This document shows, one piece after another, positions 10,218-20,258 of a DNA stretch of 64,000 nucleotides. The translations under genes and the position numbers were made by a program. How positions within the stretch are numbered: the stretch's first letter is position 1; every line of letters starts with the position of its first letter. The notes below the pieces were generated by a model. It did no database searches and was not told the origin of the DNA. It worked only from the letters and a program-made list of their open reading frames with translations. This DNA comes from an uncultured delta proteobacterium (GTDB lineage Bacteria > Desulfobacterota > Binatia > Binatales > Binataceae): the NCBI GenBank assembly GCA_963842085.1, contig CAWJET010000001.1, positions 352,001 through 416,000 on the forward strand, in the 5' to 3' direction.

Positions 10218-10577
10218 TCAATGATGCTCGGGCGGCTCCTCGCCACCGACCCACGTGCCAGCGCCGCCGCTGCGCATCGCGGTGCGCACCTTCATTACGT
10301 CTTCGGGCGATTGGCGCCCCGGCATCCCGAGGTTGCGCATCAGGACGTTGGTCATGCTCGAGGTCAGCCGGTCGCGGATGGTAGGCGCGGCGCCGACTTG
10401 CGCGTCGAGCACCACGTCGACCTGCTCGCGCGTCAGACCCTCCGCCACGAAAATATCGACCAGCGCGGCCAATCCAACTTCGCCGCCGGCGCGGTCCACG
10501 ATCGCCACTACTTTCGCACACGGCGTGCAGACGCGGCGGATCAGTCCCGCCCGCTTGCTGCAATAGACGCATTGCAT
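10218..10577 (-). CDS. hypothetical protein with N-terminal CxxC...CxxC zinc finger
   Basis: CVYC...CTPC; operon position. Confidence 0.65.
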   Translation of the reverse strand: MQCVYCSKRAGLIRRVCTPCAKVVAIVDRAGGEVGLAALVDIFVAEGLTREQVDVVLDAQVGAAPTIRDRLTSSMTNVLMRNLGMPGRQSPEDVMKVRTAMRSGGAGTWVGGEEPPEHH

Positions 10578-10735
10578 CAGGAGAATTACCGCCTAACCCA
10601 AATAAAGTCCCCGAAAAAAGCTTGAAGCGGCCGTGCGCACGAAAAATCGGCGGGCCCGCTTCGCTTTGTGAGGCTACTACCGGCTGTAGGCGGTTCGCAA
10701 GTATGAAGTCGAAGCCTAAGCGATTAGCCGCGGCG

Positions 10736-10786
10736 TTGACTTCCTGGATTGTTGCGACTAGCTTATGTAATTGAGAATCATTCTCA
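10736..10786 (+). promoter_or_regulatory. sigma70 promoter plus Fur-box-like operator
   Basis: TTGACT-17-TAGCTT, then a perfect 7-1-7 palindrome TGAGAAT-C-ATTCTCA (10772-10786) just upstream of the iron permease. Confidence 0.75.
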
Positions 10787-10800
10787 GAATTCACCGCGTT

Positions 10801-11646
10801 ATGACCCAAACCGCAGTCGCCTACTTCTTCTATTCGCTGGGAATTCTGTTCCGCGAGGGCATGGAAGCGATGCTGGTCATCGTCGCGCTCGCGGCCGGCA
10901 CGCGCGGCGCGGGACGAATCGGCCGCTCACGCGACGTTTACACGGGCGCGGCAGCCGCAATCGTCGCGAGCATCGCGCTGGCGTGGGCGGTCAATCACGT
11001 AATCACCGACGACGCCAGCGACACGCTCGAAGGCGTCTTCCAACTGTTCGCCGCGGCGACGCTCTTTTACGTCAGCTCGTGGATGACCTCGAAGGGCCAG
11101 GCCGACCGCTGGATGAGGTTTATCTCGCACAAGCTCGAGAGCGCCGAGCACAGCACGATTCCCGGCATCGCGCTCGGGCTGACCGCGTTTTTGGCCGTGA
11201 TGCGCGAAGGGGCGGAGACGATAGTGTTCTTCCAAGCGCTGACCAGCGGCGCCACCGAGACGGTCGAGCGGCACGCGGTTGCAGCCGGTATCGTCGCGGC
11301 CACGCTCGCGCTGGCGGTCTCGTTCGTGGTCATCAAGCGCGCGGCCGATCGAATCCCGATGAGGTTTTTCTTCTACACGACTTCTTTCATGCTCTACGCG
11401 CTGGCGATCGTGTTTGTCGGCCAGGGCGTCGCGAGCTTGCAGGAAGCGTCGGTAGTGCCCGCGACGTTCGTGAACTACGCGCCGACGATTCCGATGCTCG
11501 GCCTGTTCCCTACCGTTCAATCGCTCGGCGCGCAGGCGGTTCTGCTGATACTGGCGGCGGCCTACGTGTTCGTTCCACGCAACGCGGCCGCTCGGCAGGT
11601 CAGGGTTGCTGAGCGGGCGGCGATGCAGCGGGCGCAGCGGGGTTAG
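10801..11646 (+). CDS. FTR1/EfeU family iron permease
   Basis: Two RExxE motifs (REGME, REGAE), multi-TM. Confidence 0.9.
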   Translation: MTQTAVAYFFYSLGILFREGMEAMLVIVALAAGTRGAGRIGRSRDVYTGAAAAIVASIALAWAVNHVITDDASDTLEGVFQLFAAATLFYVSSWMTSKGQADRWMRFISHKLESAEHSTIPGIALGLTAFLAVMREGAETIVFFQALTSGATETVERHAVAAGIVAATLALAVSFVVIKRAADRIPMRFFFYTTSFMLYALAIVFVGQGVASLQEASVVPATFVNYAPTIPMLGLFPTVQSLGAQAVLLILAAAYVFVPRNAAARQVRVAERAAMQRAQRG

Positions 11647-12037
11647 GCTTGAGCGCGGGCGCCGCAGCGACGGAATCGGCCCCGCCATACAGCACCGTTT
11701 CGACGTCAGAACTCAGCTTCTCGGATACCACCAGCGCGCGGAACCCCATCCGCGTGCATTGCTCGGCGGTCGCGTCGCGCGCGACCGCGCTTTGACGCAC
11801 GCGCTTGAGCGCGACGCGCAAATCCTGGGTGCGTTCCAGCAGAACCGACAGGCGCGCCTCGACGATCGCCGTCGAATCGCCGCCGCTGGCCGCCAGATCG
11901 AGCGCCAACGATTCATCGTGTTCCGCGTCGGCCAGCGCATGAAGCGCGGTTTTGATTTCGGTGCAGGCCGCCTCGGCGCCGCTTTCGGGCCCTGGAGATA
12001 AATCCGCGGCCAGAGTCGTTTGAACTGTGGCGAGCAC
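11600..12037 (-). CDS. putative secreted helical protein (start uncertain)
   Basis: C-terminal part of ORF 11600..12586 with a signal-like hydrophobic stretch; overlaps the FTR1 3' end. Confidence 0.4.
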   Translation of the reverse strand: MLATVQTTLAADLSPGPESGAEAACTEIKTALHALADAEHDESLALDLAASGGDSTAIVEARLSVLLERTQDLRVALKRVRQSAVARDATAEQCTRMGFRALVVSEKLSSDVETVLYGGADSVAAAPALKPNPAAPAASPPAQQP

Positions 12038-12075
12038 AATGACGCCGAGCGCAAGTAGAATCCGCGTGGATGCTG

Positions 12076-12101
12076 AAAAAAAAGCCGGCCACGCGGCCGG
12101 C
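12076..12101 (-). terminator. intrinsic terminator after polyferredoxin
   Basis: GCCGGCC-N4-GGCCGGC hairpin followed by a T8 run on the minus strand. Confidence 0.75.
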
Positions 12102-12138
12102 CCCGAAAATCCTTTCTCGGCGGGCGCGCGCGATAGCG

Positions 12139-12612
12139 TCAGGCGGCGTCTTCCTCGCTTCGTTCGTAGCCGAGCGAGCTCAGGAACGCCTCCTTCTGGC
12201 CGGACGGCATGATGTAGATTCCGTCCCATCCGCAGACCTCTTCGCAAAGCAGGCATCCGACGCAGGTCTTCTCGTTGACCTGCACCTTGCCGAGATAGAC
12301 CGCCGTGTTCTCCGGCGACGGCGCGATGCAATCGAACGGGCACACGTCGACGCATACGCCGCAGCCGTTGCAGTTGTCGGGATGGACCACGGCGACCGGG
12401 CGCTCGGCGCGCTTGAGCACGTGGGTGATCTCGCCGTGATTGTTCATGATCGCGTCGTCGGGGCAAATCACGCCGCACGCGCCGCAATCGATGCACATCG
12501 CGGCTTCGATGTAATAGACCTTTTTCGAGAGGCCCGAGATGGCGCCGGTGGGGCAGCGCTTTTCGCATGCGCTGCAGCCGGTGCAATTCTCGGCGATGAT
12601 CGTAAATGGCAT
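12139..12612 (-). CDS. polyferredoxin with four [4Fe-4S] motifs
   Basis: CTGCSACEKRCP, CIDCGACGVICP, CNGCGVCVDVCP, CVGCLLCEEVCG. Confidence 0.92.
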   Translation of the reverse strand: MPFTIIAENCTGCSACEKRCPTGAISGLSKKVYYIEAAMCIDCGACGVICPDDAIMNNHGEITHVLKRAERPVAVVHPDNCNGCGVCVDVCPFDCIAPSPENTAVYLGKVQVNEKTCVGCLLCEEVCGWDGIYIMPSGQKEAFLSSLGYERSEEDAA

Positions 12613-12621
12613 TCCGCTTCC

Positions 12622-12804
12622 CTACTTCCTCATCTCGTCGATGATGCGTTCGCGATGGCCGTGCTCGATCAGTTGATCGTTGCGGCGGGCCTGCTTGAGC
12701 GCGACGTAGGTGAAAAACATCACCAGGATCATCATGGCGATGATCGGGATGTTGTCGGGAACGGTCAGGATATCGAGAAACTGCTGAAGTCCGGTAATCT
12801 GCAC
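12622..12804 (-). CDS. 60-aa single-TM PDNIPI protein, probable cytochrome bc accessory fragment
   Basis: ILTVPDNIPIIAMMILVMFFTYVALKQARRND; GAGG RBS; 9-nt gap to ferredoxin. Confidence 0.7.
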   Translation of the reverse strand: MQITGLQQFLDILTVPDNIPIIAMMILVMFFTYVALKQARRNDQLIEHGHRERIIDEMRK

Positions 12805-13023
12805 GATTGAATCCTCGAGGCTGTGCTCAGTCTTCTGAGATCAGAGGTACCAACGCCATTAGCCAGTGTCAACTTTGATGCGGTGGCGGATACGTCGCGC
12901 TAATCGCATCGACGAGCGGCGCCTGTCAAGCTCGCGTCCTTGCATATACCCAAAGATAAATCGTACCGTTCTCGTCATCAGGCCCTGCGTTTAATCGATA
13001 CGCAACAACGGGAGGAGAGACCG

Positions 13024-13458
13024 ATGAACACTCAATGGTGGAAGCGATCGGCTATCCTTGCGGCCTTGGCGTTGCTCGTGTTCTGCGCGACTGAAGCGCG
13101 CGCACAAATTAGCAGCTACATGCCGGCAGCGCCGTCTCAAGCGGCCCAGGCGCTCACCGGCGGTCAGCAGTCAGCGGCGAACAGCGCGTTATGTTCTGCT
13201 ATTGCGAGTCATTTTCCGAATCCCTCCGCGGCCGGTCCGTCCGCATTGAGCGATCCGGCTGTGATATCCACTGCGGCTTCGTCATTCGCGGGCAGCGCGA
13301 GCCTTCCGCTTTCCAGCGCTACGGATATGCTCAAGGGGTACGTAGCTCAACATGCCACCGATATCCTGGCATCGTGCGCCACCAGCAATGCCACGAGTGG
13401 CTTGCCCTCGAAAGTTCCAGGGGTGGGTAGCTTACCTTCGATCCCCAAAATGCCGTAA
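13024..13458 (+). CDS. secreted Ala/Ser-rich hypothetical protein
   Basis: GGAGGAG RBS; signal peptide MNTQWWKR...ARA. Confidence 0.7.
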   Translation: MNTQWWKRSAILAALALLVFCATEARAQISSYMPAAPSQAAQALTGGQQSAANSALCSAIASHFPNPSAAGPSALSDPAVISTAASSFAGSASLPLSSATDMLKGYVAQHATDILASCATSNATSGLPSKVPGVGSLPSIPKMP

Positions 13459-13504
13459 GGCAGGCGCTACGCTTGCAGGGCGGCTTTGTCTGCGGGCACA
13501 GTAG

Positions 13505-14266
13505 TTGAGCATGGCCGGACAGCCGCAGGTTTCGTCGTATGCCGCGCCTCACCGCGGGCTCTTCAATCTCGCTTGGGGGTTGATCGGGACTGGGCTCTCC
13601 GTGCTGTGGACGGCGCTGTGCGCGATCGCCGCGGCGATCGCCGCCACGATGCGCAAGCCGCATGCCGTCACACTGATCACGCGCGTATGGGGCCGCGTGC
13701 TGATCAGGCTCTGCGGCATCAAGGTGGAAATCGAAGGCTTCGAGAACCTCGCCGGCCTCGAGCACTATGTGCTCGTCGCCAACCATCAGAGCTTCTTCGA
13801 TATCTTCGCTTGCTCCGCCTACATGCCGGGCGAGCCGCGTTTCGTCGCCAAGAAGGAACTGCTCAAAATCCCGGTGATCGGCTACGCGATGGATCGCGGC
13901 GGCCATATCATCATCGACCGCGAAGCGGGCGGCCGCGAGATCCGCAAGGCGATCGCGCTCATACGCAGCGGCCTCGACGTAATCGTCTTCGCCGAGGGTC
14001 ATCGCTACAACGACAACCGCGTGCACGAGTTCAACGACGGCGCGGCGTGGCTCGCCATCCTGTCCGGACTACCCGCCGTTCCGATGTCAATCAGCGGCTC
14101 GGGCCTGTTTTTTCCGCGCGGCGCGATGGTCGTGACGCCGGGCCTGACGATGCGCATGAGGATCGGCAAACCGATCCCGACCGAAGGAATGCGCAGCGCC
14201 GACCGCACCGAGCTGACGCGCAAGCTCGAAGAAGCGGTGCGCGCGACATTCACGACCGAGGTCTGA
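13505..14266 (+). CDS. plsC: 1-acyl-sn-glycerol-3-phosphate acyltransferase
   Basis: NHQSFFD, FVAKKEL, FAEG motifs. Confidence 0.85.
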   Translation: MSMAGQPQVSSYAAPHRGLFNLAWGLIGTGLSVLWTALCAIAAAIAATMRKPHAVTLITRVWGRVLIRLCGIKVEIEGFENLAGLEHYVLVANHQSFFDIFACSAYMPGEPRFVAKKELLKIPVIGYAMDRGGHIIIDREAGGREIRKAIALIRSGLDVIVFAEGHRYNDNRVHEFNDGAAWLAILSGLPAVPMSISGSGLFFPRGAMVVTPGLTMRMRIGKPIPTEGMRSADRTELTRKLEEAVRATFTTEV

Positions 14267-14334
14267 GTTTCATATTGCCTTGATGGGCGCTGACGTGGCA
14301 GATCGATTGTGGTCGATCGAAGGAGGATCCAACC

Positions 14335-15936
14335 ATGACGGCAGCTTCGATGCCCAAAGAGTCGGGTGCTCAATCTTATGCGGTAGTTGAGACCGCTTAC
14401 GGTCGGGTTCGCGGGGTTGCCGCGAATGGCGTGAGGAGTTTCAAGGGAATTCCGTACGGCGCCTCCACTGCGGGGCGCAATCGTTTCATGCCGCCGGTTG
14501 CGCCGGCGCCGTGGGCGGGAGTGCGCGACGCGCTCGGCTATGGACCGTCGGCGCCGCAGAATCCCTCGAACATGCGCGGCGCGGTCGATCCGAAGAGTGC
14601 GTTCGCCGCGTATGGCGACCCTGACGGCATCGTCGAGAGCGAGGACTGCCTCGTGCTCAACGTGTGGACGCGCGAGGTGGGCGACGACCGCCGGCGGCCG
14701 GTGATGGTCTGGCTGCATGGCGGAGGCCTCCAGGCAAGCTCGGCCTCGCCGCCGATGTATGACGGCAGCAACCTGGTGCGGCGCGGCGACGTGGTGGTGG
14801 TCAGCGTCAATCATCGCCTGGGCGCGCTGGGCTATACGTATTTCGCGGGCATCGGCGGAAGCGAATTCGCCGAGTCGCGCAACGTTGGAATGCTGGATTT
14901 GGTCGCGGCGCTGGAATGGGTGCGCGACAGTATCGCGAAGTTCGGCGGCGATGCGCGGATGGTGACGATCTTCGGTGAGTCGGGCGGCGGACAGAAAGTC
15001 TCGACGCTGCTCGCGATGCCGGCGGCAAAAAATTTGTTTCATCGCGCGGTGATTCAGAGCGGCCCGGGATTGAGGATGAATAAGCCACGCCACGCGGAGC
15101 AGGTAGCGGAAATGCTGCTGGCCGAGCTCGGACTTGGCCGCGCGCGGCTCCGCGAAGCGCAGACCGTGCCGGTGGAACGAATCGTCGCGGCGCAGGCGGC
15201 GGTCCAGGAAAAACTCGGCGCGCGCGTGCCGGGGTTCATCCAGGGATTCTCGCCGGTCGTCGACGGCGTTACGCTGCCGCGGCATCCGTTCGATCCCGAC
15301 GCGCCCGGCGTTTCCGCCGGCGTGCCATTGATCGTTGGCTACAACCGCACCGAGATGACGCTGTTCGTCGCCGCGGAGCCGAAGGCTTTTTCACTGGACG
15401 AGGACGGGCTGCATCGACGCGCAGGGCGTCTGCTGGGAGAGAACGCAGACAGCGTGATCGAGGTTTTCCGCAAAGCGAATCCCGGCGCGACTCCGTCGGA
15501 ACTGATGTTTCTTATCGGAACCGAGTATCCCACCGCGGCCTATTCGAGAAAGATCGCGGAGCGCAAGGCGGCGCAGGGCGGCGCGCCCGCATACCTGTAC
15601 CGCTTCGATTGGGAGACGCCGGTCTCGGGCGGGCGGCTCAAGTCACCGCATGCGCTCGAGATACCGTTCGTGTTCGACAACGTCGGCGCGCCGCTGGCAG
15701 CGCGTCTTGCGCCCGACCGGCCCGACGTCCACGCGCTGGCGCATGCGATGAGCGATCGATGGATTGCGTTCGCGCGCAGCGGCGAGCCCAACGCGGACGC
15801 GACGCCGCGGTGGCCCGCCTACAGCGGGTCGGAGCGCGCGACGATGCTCTTCAACAGCGAATGCAGAGTCGAGAACGATCCCAACCGGGCGGAACGGGTG
15901 GCGATCGACAACATTCTGTTTCCGCAGAAGAACTGA
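14335..15936 (+). CDS. type B carboxylesterase
   Basis: [26 protein letters not shown] nucleophile elbow. Confidence 0.93.
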   Translation: MTAASMPKESGAQSYAVVETAYGRVRGVAANGVRSFKGIPYGASTAGRNRFMPPVAPAPWAGVRDALGYGPSAPQNPSNMRGAVDPKSAFAAYGDPDGIVESEDCLVLNVWTREVGDDRRRPVMVWLHGGGLQASSASPPMYDGSNLVRRGDVVVVSVNHRLGALGYTYFAGIGGSEFAESRNVGMLDLVAALEWVRDSIAKFGGDARMVTIFGESGGGQKVSTLLAMPAAKNLFHRAVIQSGPGLRMNKPRHAEQVAEMLLAELGLGRARLREAQTVPVERIVAAQAAVQEKLGARVPGFIQGFSPVVDGVTLPRHPFDPDAPGVSAGVPLIVGYNRTEMTLFVAAEPKAFSLDEDGLHRRAGRLLGENADSVIEVFRKANPGATPSELMFLIGTEYPTAAYSRKIAERKAAQGGAPAYLYRFDWETPVSGGRLKSPHALEIPFVFDNVGAPLAARLAPDRPDVHALAHAMSDRWIAFARSGEPNADATPRWPAYSGSERATMLFNSECRVENDPNRAERVAIDNILFPQKN

Positions 15937-15940
15937 GCGG

Positions 15941-16297
15941 TCAGGCCTTGCGATCGAAGATGAAGAGCGGGACCTGGTTGGCGAGCTTGGGATCGATCGA
16001 CAGGACACGCCGTCCCGCCTCGATCTGAATCGCGCCCGCGTCGAGACCGGCCATGCGGAAATTCGCTGCTACTTGATCAACGTCCTCGGCCTCGAGCCAC
16101 AGACCGGTCATCCCTTCGCTCGACGAATCGATCGTCGCGCCGGCGACCAGACGAATTTCCGCACCGCCAACCTTGACCGACGCCGACTTCCCGTCCGCCG
16201 ACCGGGTCACCGCAAAGCCGAAGTTCTTCTCATAGAGCGACGCGGCGTCCGCGAGATCCGAGGTGGCGACTTCGAGCGTATCGAGGCGTTTGATCAT
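15941..16297 (-). CDS. VOC/glyoxalase family protein
   Basis: MIKRLDTLEVATSDLADAASLYEKNFGF VOC-like N-terminus. Confidence 0.7.
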   Translation of the reverse strand: MIKRLDTLEVATSDLADAASLYEKNFGFAVTRSADGKSASVKVGGAEIRLVAGATIDSSSEGMTGLWLEAEDVDQVAANFRMAGLDAGAIQIEAGRRVLSIDPKLANQVPLFIFDRKA

Positions 16298-16333
16298 CGC
16301 CCTCGATTCTATCGCGCGGCGGGAAATTGTTCC

Positions 16334-16366
16334 AAAGAAAAACGGGGCCGGATTGCTCCAGCCCCG
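16334..16366 (-). terminator. intrinsic terminator ending the cytochrome bc operon
   Basis: CGGGGCTGGA-GCAA-TCCGGCCCCG followed by TTTTTCTTT. Confidence 0.75.
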
Positions 16367-16389
16367 TGACTCATCTATGCGGACCGCGC

Positions 16390-17094
16390 CTAGCCCTTCG
16401 GCTTCAATGAAAAATTGGTGGTCGCCGTCGCGCCGTCTTTCACGTCGACTTTCTGGGTATCCGTGCCAAGCTTCTCCTGCCACACTTCCACCGTGTAGTC
16501 ACCCGGCGGCACGCCCGCGATCGAGTAGTTGCCCTTGTCGTCTGTGACCGCGAAGTACGGAGTGTCGGTCGCGACCCACCAGCCGTGCATCCAGCCGTGC
16601 GCATCGCAGGTGACCTTGATCACTTCGGGCTTTTCGATTTTTTCCTCGATCACTTTCTTGAACTTGGGCTGGGCCATGTTGAACGACGGATTCGCAGTCG
16701 AATAGGTATGGATGTTGTGCAGAATCCCGTCCGAGTTCACGATTTTCACGGTGCTGCCGGCCGGGAACGCGAGCACGTGCGGCACGTAGTCGCATCCCTT
16801 CTGATCGAACGTTACCTCGCCGGGTTTCAGCTCGCCCTTGGCGCCTTTGATGATCACCACCGCGTTTGCGATTCCGCCGCTGGGGTCAACGATCAGGTCC
16901 TCGGTGAAGTGCGGATGGAGCCCGCAGACTTCCTTGTCCTTGGTCACCTCGACCGGCTTGCGGGCGGGCGGAGTGCCGTCGTACTTGACGGTTCCGCTGA
17001 CCGTGCCGCCGGCCGCGCTCGCGACGCTGGCGCCAACGCTGATGCTGAGTGCGACTCCAGCACACGCCGCCAGTACAACTGCGTACTTTTTCAT
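16390..17094 (-). CDS. secreted cupredoxin-like / carboxypeptidase-regulatory-like domain protein
   Basis: Signal peptide; DQKGCDYVPHV, HNIH and CDAHGWM (type-1-Cu-like ligands). Confidence 0.8.
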   Translation of the reverse strand: MKKYAVVLAACAGVALSISVGASVASAAGGTVSGTVKYDGTPPARKPVEVTKDKEVCGLHPHFTEDLIVDPSGGIANAVVIIKGAKGELKPGEVTFDQKGCDYVPHVLAFPAGSTVKIVNSDGILHNIHTYSTANPSFNMAQPKFKKVIEEKIEKPEVIKVTCDAHGWMHGWWVATDTPYFAVTDDKGNYSIAGVPPGDYTVEVWQEKLGTDTQKVDVKDGATATTNFSLKPKG

Positions 17095-17129
17095 ACCATT
17101 GCCTCCTGGGGGATTACCCGGATCTTTTA

Positions 17130-17168
17130 CTCAGTTAGACAAATTCTCAGTTTAGCGAATACTCAGTT
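17130..17168 (-). repeat. three direct AACTGAG repeats with 16-bp period
   Basis: CTCAGTT on + at 17130, 17146 and 17162 in an AT-rich spacer. Confidence 0.7.
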
Positions 17169-17197
17169 GCAAACTCAATCGATTAGACGATCGTAAC

Positions 17198-19987
17198 CTA
17201 CTTCTTACTCACTTTCGTCGGTGCACTCGCCGCTTTGCTCACTTTCGCCGGCACCGCCGCGACTTGTCCCGGCAGGGTCTCGCCCGGATGCGTGCCGAAC
17301 CAGAAAATATAGTCCCGCAGCGCGCGGATTTGCGCGTCCTGGTTGCCGCCCAGGATGTCGTCCGGGCCGCCGGGATAGAATGACGGCATCTTGGTGCCCG
17401 GCTGCAGCGCCGACGGATTTGCGATCCATTTCAAGATCCAGTCCGGATTCAACCGCACATGCGCGAGCGCCAGGTCCGGCGCCCATCCCGAGGGCGGGCC
17501 TTCAGGCTTCTTGTCGCCCTGCTGATGGCAGCTGAAACAGTTGAAGTAATCCTTGGTCATCAGCTTCGCACCCGCCTGCAGCTCGGCCGGCGGAATCGCG
17601 TTGGTGTTGATGAACATGAACGGCACGTTGATGTCCGACAGCGCCGTGAAGTAATTCACGATGGTGTCGTCTTCGCTGTTGGTGAAATGAAAGGTCGGCA
17701 TCCTGATCTTCAGCCATGGACGAATCGGCGTCGGCCCCTGCAGGAAGGTGAATAGCCACTCGGGCTGTACCTTGAAGCCTTCGCCATTGAGTATTGGCGG
17801 CGCAAAGTTGATTTCGTCTTCTGAGTAGAAGCGCCGGATGTAGCCGCCCCGATTCTCAATTATATGGCAGCCGACGCAGTTGTAGTAATTGATCATTCGC
17901 CGGCCCGCCACGATTTGCGTCTGATGCACCGAGCCGGGCATCCGGTATCGCTCCGGCACCTTGCCATCGGTCATGCCGGCCAGAAACACGATCAGGTTGT
18001 TGATGTCGGCGTTGTCGAAGTCGAAATTCGGCATCAACTGCTCGACGTCCTTGGTCGCGTAGATGCGCGGGGTCTGGAGTTTATGGAACGTCCATTGATC
18101 CCAGGTCTCGGGAATCTGGGTCTGGTTGCCGAAGAACAACTCGTCGAGATGCTTGGAGCCGAAGGTCGTCAACTCGACCCCGATGCGCGACTCCTTGTCC
18201 ATCCCCTGGATCTCGTGGCATCCGAAGCATCCGTACTTGCGCACCAGCGCTTCGCCCTTCTTGATATTGTCGGGATCCTTGAGCGCGGTTTCGACGCCGG
18301 CGTCTTCTTGCTTCTCGCCGTGCGTCATCAGGAATGCGGTCAGCGCTTCGGCTTCGTGATCGGTCAGGCGCAGCGAAGGCATCGCGGTATGCGGCGAGAA
18401 GTCGCGCGGATTCTTCAACCAGGTATAGACCCACGCCGCCGAAGTCTTCTCCGCGATCTTGTCCAGGTTGGGCGCGAAGTCCTTGGCCGTGCGCGCTTCG
18501 GCCGGCTGGAAGCCCTCCGCGACGCCGACCGGCGTTCCATATTTATCGGGATCGATCGCATGGCAGCCCTTGCAGCCGACCGACTCGAACAGCCCTTTGC
18601 CTTCTTCGACGAAGGCCGGATTCTTGATGTCCGTCTCGAGCGTCGGAGGCTCGGGATGCGCCGCGAGCCAGTCCTTCGAATTGTTTGCCGAGCTGTCGAA
18701 GATGAAGGCCGCCAACTCAGTCGCCTGCTCGCGCGAGAAATAGAAGTTCGGCATGCGCGTGTGCGGACGGAAGATATGCGGATCGGTGATCCAGCGCACG
18801 GTCCACGACGGATCGAGCTTGGCCGACGCGAGTTTCAGGTAGGGGCCGATCTTCGGCAGGTCCTCGTAGCCCGCCATCAGATGGCATCCCGCGCAGCCCA
18901 TCTGCTGGAACATGCGCTCGCCCTCGACCCAGTTCGCCGCGATCGGTTTGCCCGCGGCATCGTGCAGCGAGCCCACGTCGATATGGCACTTGACGCATCG
19001 CGACTGCATCTTGTCGCCACGCAGCATCGGAAAATCCCAATCTTTATCGTCCCCATGCGCCAGCCGCACGGAGCTGACCGCGGGCCCTTGCCCGTCGTGA
19101 CAGGGGGTGCATCCCAGTTTGTCGGGCGGATGCTTGCCGATGATCTGATCGAAGTTGCTATGCGTGCGAAACGGCTGGGGCGCATTCTCGAAGCCCTTCT
19201 TGTCGGCGCCCATGTGGCAGCTCTGGCATCGATCGACCCGCGCGACCGCCTCGTCGAAGGCGTTGCGGTCGAAGTCGTCGATCGCGGTCTGCTGAATCTT
19301 GGGAATTTTCGGATAGCGGAACAGCACCCGGCCGCGGAACTTGACCGGGATCATCCATGAGTCGGCCTTGTCGAAGAAGTCGTCGCGCTTTTTGGTCAGC
19401 TTCTTCATCTGATCGGTCAGGCTGTCAACCTTCGAGTTGAGCGCCTCGATCTCGTCCTTGACCGCCTGGAGATCGGCCTTGGCTTTGTCGGAGACGATAT
19501 TCTCCTGCGCCAGCTCGGCGTCGAGCTGATCGATTTCCTGCTTGTACGGCGCCGGGTTTTCTTTTTCCTGGATGGCATGGTTGTAGTCGTACCATCGCTC
19601 GGTCAAATACGACTTGGTGAAGCGGACCAGTTGATCCTTGTCGTTGGCGGTGTTGTTGAGAGCGGGCAACTGGGCGCGCAGAGCTTCAAGCTTGGCCGCG
19701 GTGGCGCCGGAATCGAGATCCTTCTGCGCCTCGGCCAGCTCCTTGGAGAGCTTCTGGTAGTCGGGATCGGCGTTGAGGCGCGTCTGCTCGTCGGCCGCGT
19801 CCTTCATGTACTTGTCGTACGCCAGCCGATCCCACTCGACCTGGTATTCCTTCCACGGACGGCGCGAGATGTTGTCGTCCCAAATCGACCAGACCGCGGT
19901 CACCAGCAACACCGCGACCAGCAGCACGAACAACGCGCTGTATGATTTCCCTTCTTCGGTGGGATCAAGCCCCGGTCTGCCAGCCAT
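17198..19987 (-). CDS. membrane-anchored octaheme cytochrome c (cytochrome bc complex c subunit)
   Basis: N-terminal TM and coiled coil; eight CxxCH (CQSCH, CTPCH, CVKCH, CAGCH, CKGCH, CFGCH, CVGCH, CFSCH); repeated xMPxF/L Met ligands. Confidence 0.9.
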   Translation of the reverse strand: MAGRPGLDPTEEGKSYSALFVLLVAVLLVTAVWSIWDDNISRRPWKEYQVEWDRLAYDKYMKDAADEQTRLNADPDYQKLSKELAEAQKDLDSGATAAKLEALRAQLPALNNTANDKDQLVRFTKSYLTERWYDYNHAIQEKENPAPYKQEIDQLDAELAQENIVSDKAKADLQAVKDEIEALNSKVDSLTDQMKKLTKKRDDFFDKADSWMIPVKFRGRVLFRYPKIPKIQQTAIDDFDRNAFDEAVARVDRCQSCHMGADKKGFENAPQPFRTHSNFDQIIGKHPPDKLGCTPCHDGQGPAVSSVRLAHGDDKDWDFPMLRGDKMQSRCVKCHIDVGSLHDAAGKPIAANWVEGERMFQQMGCAGCHLMAGYEDLPKIGPYLKLASAKLDPSWTVRWITDPHIFRPHTRMPNFYFSREQATELAAFIFDSSANNSKDWLAAHPEPPTLETDIKNPAFVEEGKGLFESVGCKGCHAIDPDKYGTPVGVAEGFQPAEARTAKDFAPNLDKIAEKTSAAWVYTWLKNPRDFSPHTAMPSLRLTDHEAEALTAFLMTHGEKQEDAGVETALKDPDNIKKGEALVRKYGCFGCHEIQGMDKESRIGVELTTFGSKHLDELFFGNQTQIPETWDQWTFHKLQTPRIYATKDVEQLMPNFDFDNADINNLIVFLAGMTDGKVPERYRMPGSVHQTQIVAGRRMINYYNCVGCHIIENRGGYIRRFYSEDEINFAPPILNGEGFKVQPEWLFTFLQGPTPIRPWLKIRMPTFHFTNSEDDTIVNYFTALSDINVPFMFINTNAIPPAELQAGAKLMTKDYFNCFSCHQQGDKKPEGPPSGWAPDLALAHVRLNPDWILKWIANPSALQPGTKMPSFYPGGPDDILGGNQDAQIRALRDYIFWFGTHPGETLPGQVAAVPAKVSKAASAPTKVSKK

Positions 19988-20060
19988 CTGCTCTACCTGT
20001 CCTCAACTCAGAAATGCCGCCCGAGGACGCCGTCCAGATACTCACTCGAATAGTCAGTAG

Positions 20061-20240
20061 TCATTTGCCCGCGCGCACCCACACCGCCTCGATGATGTAG
20101 CCGGCGAGAAACACCAGGATGCCGATGCCGGTGAACTTGTACTCGATCCCCATCCCGTGCGGCTGCGTAATTCCAACGTAGAGCGCAAACCCGACGTCGG
20201 CGAGTCCGAGCGCCTGCAGAACTTTGGCGAGGATGAACAC
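20061..20240 (-). CDS. 59-aa two-TM small protein in the bc operon
   Basis: Manual translation MFILAKVLQALGLADVGFALYVGITQPHGMGIEYKFTGIGILVFLAGYIIEAVWVRAGK* (GTG start). Confidence 0.65.
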   Translation of the reverse strand: MFILAKVLQALGLADVGFALYVGITQPHGMGIEYKFTGIGILVFLAGYIIEAVWVRAGK

Positions 20241-20258
20241 GGAGTCGTCGCGGCCACG

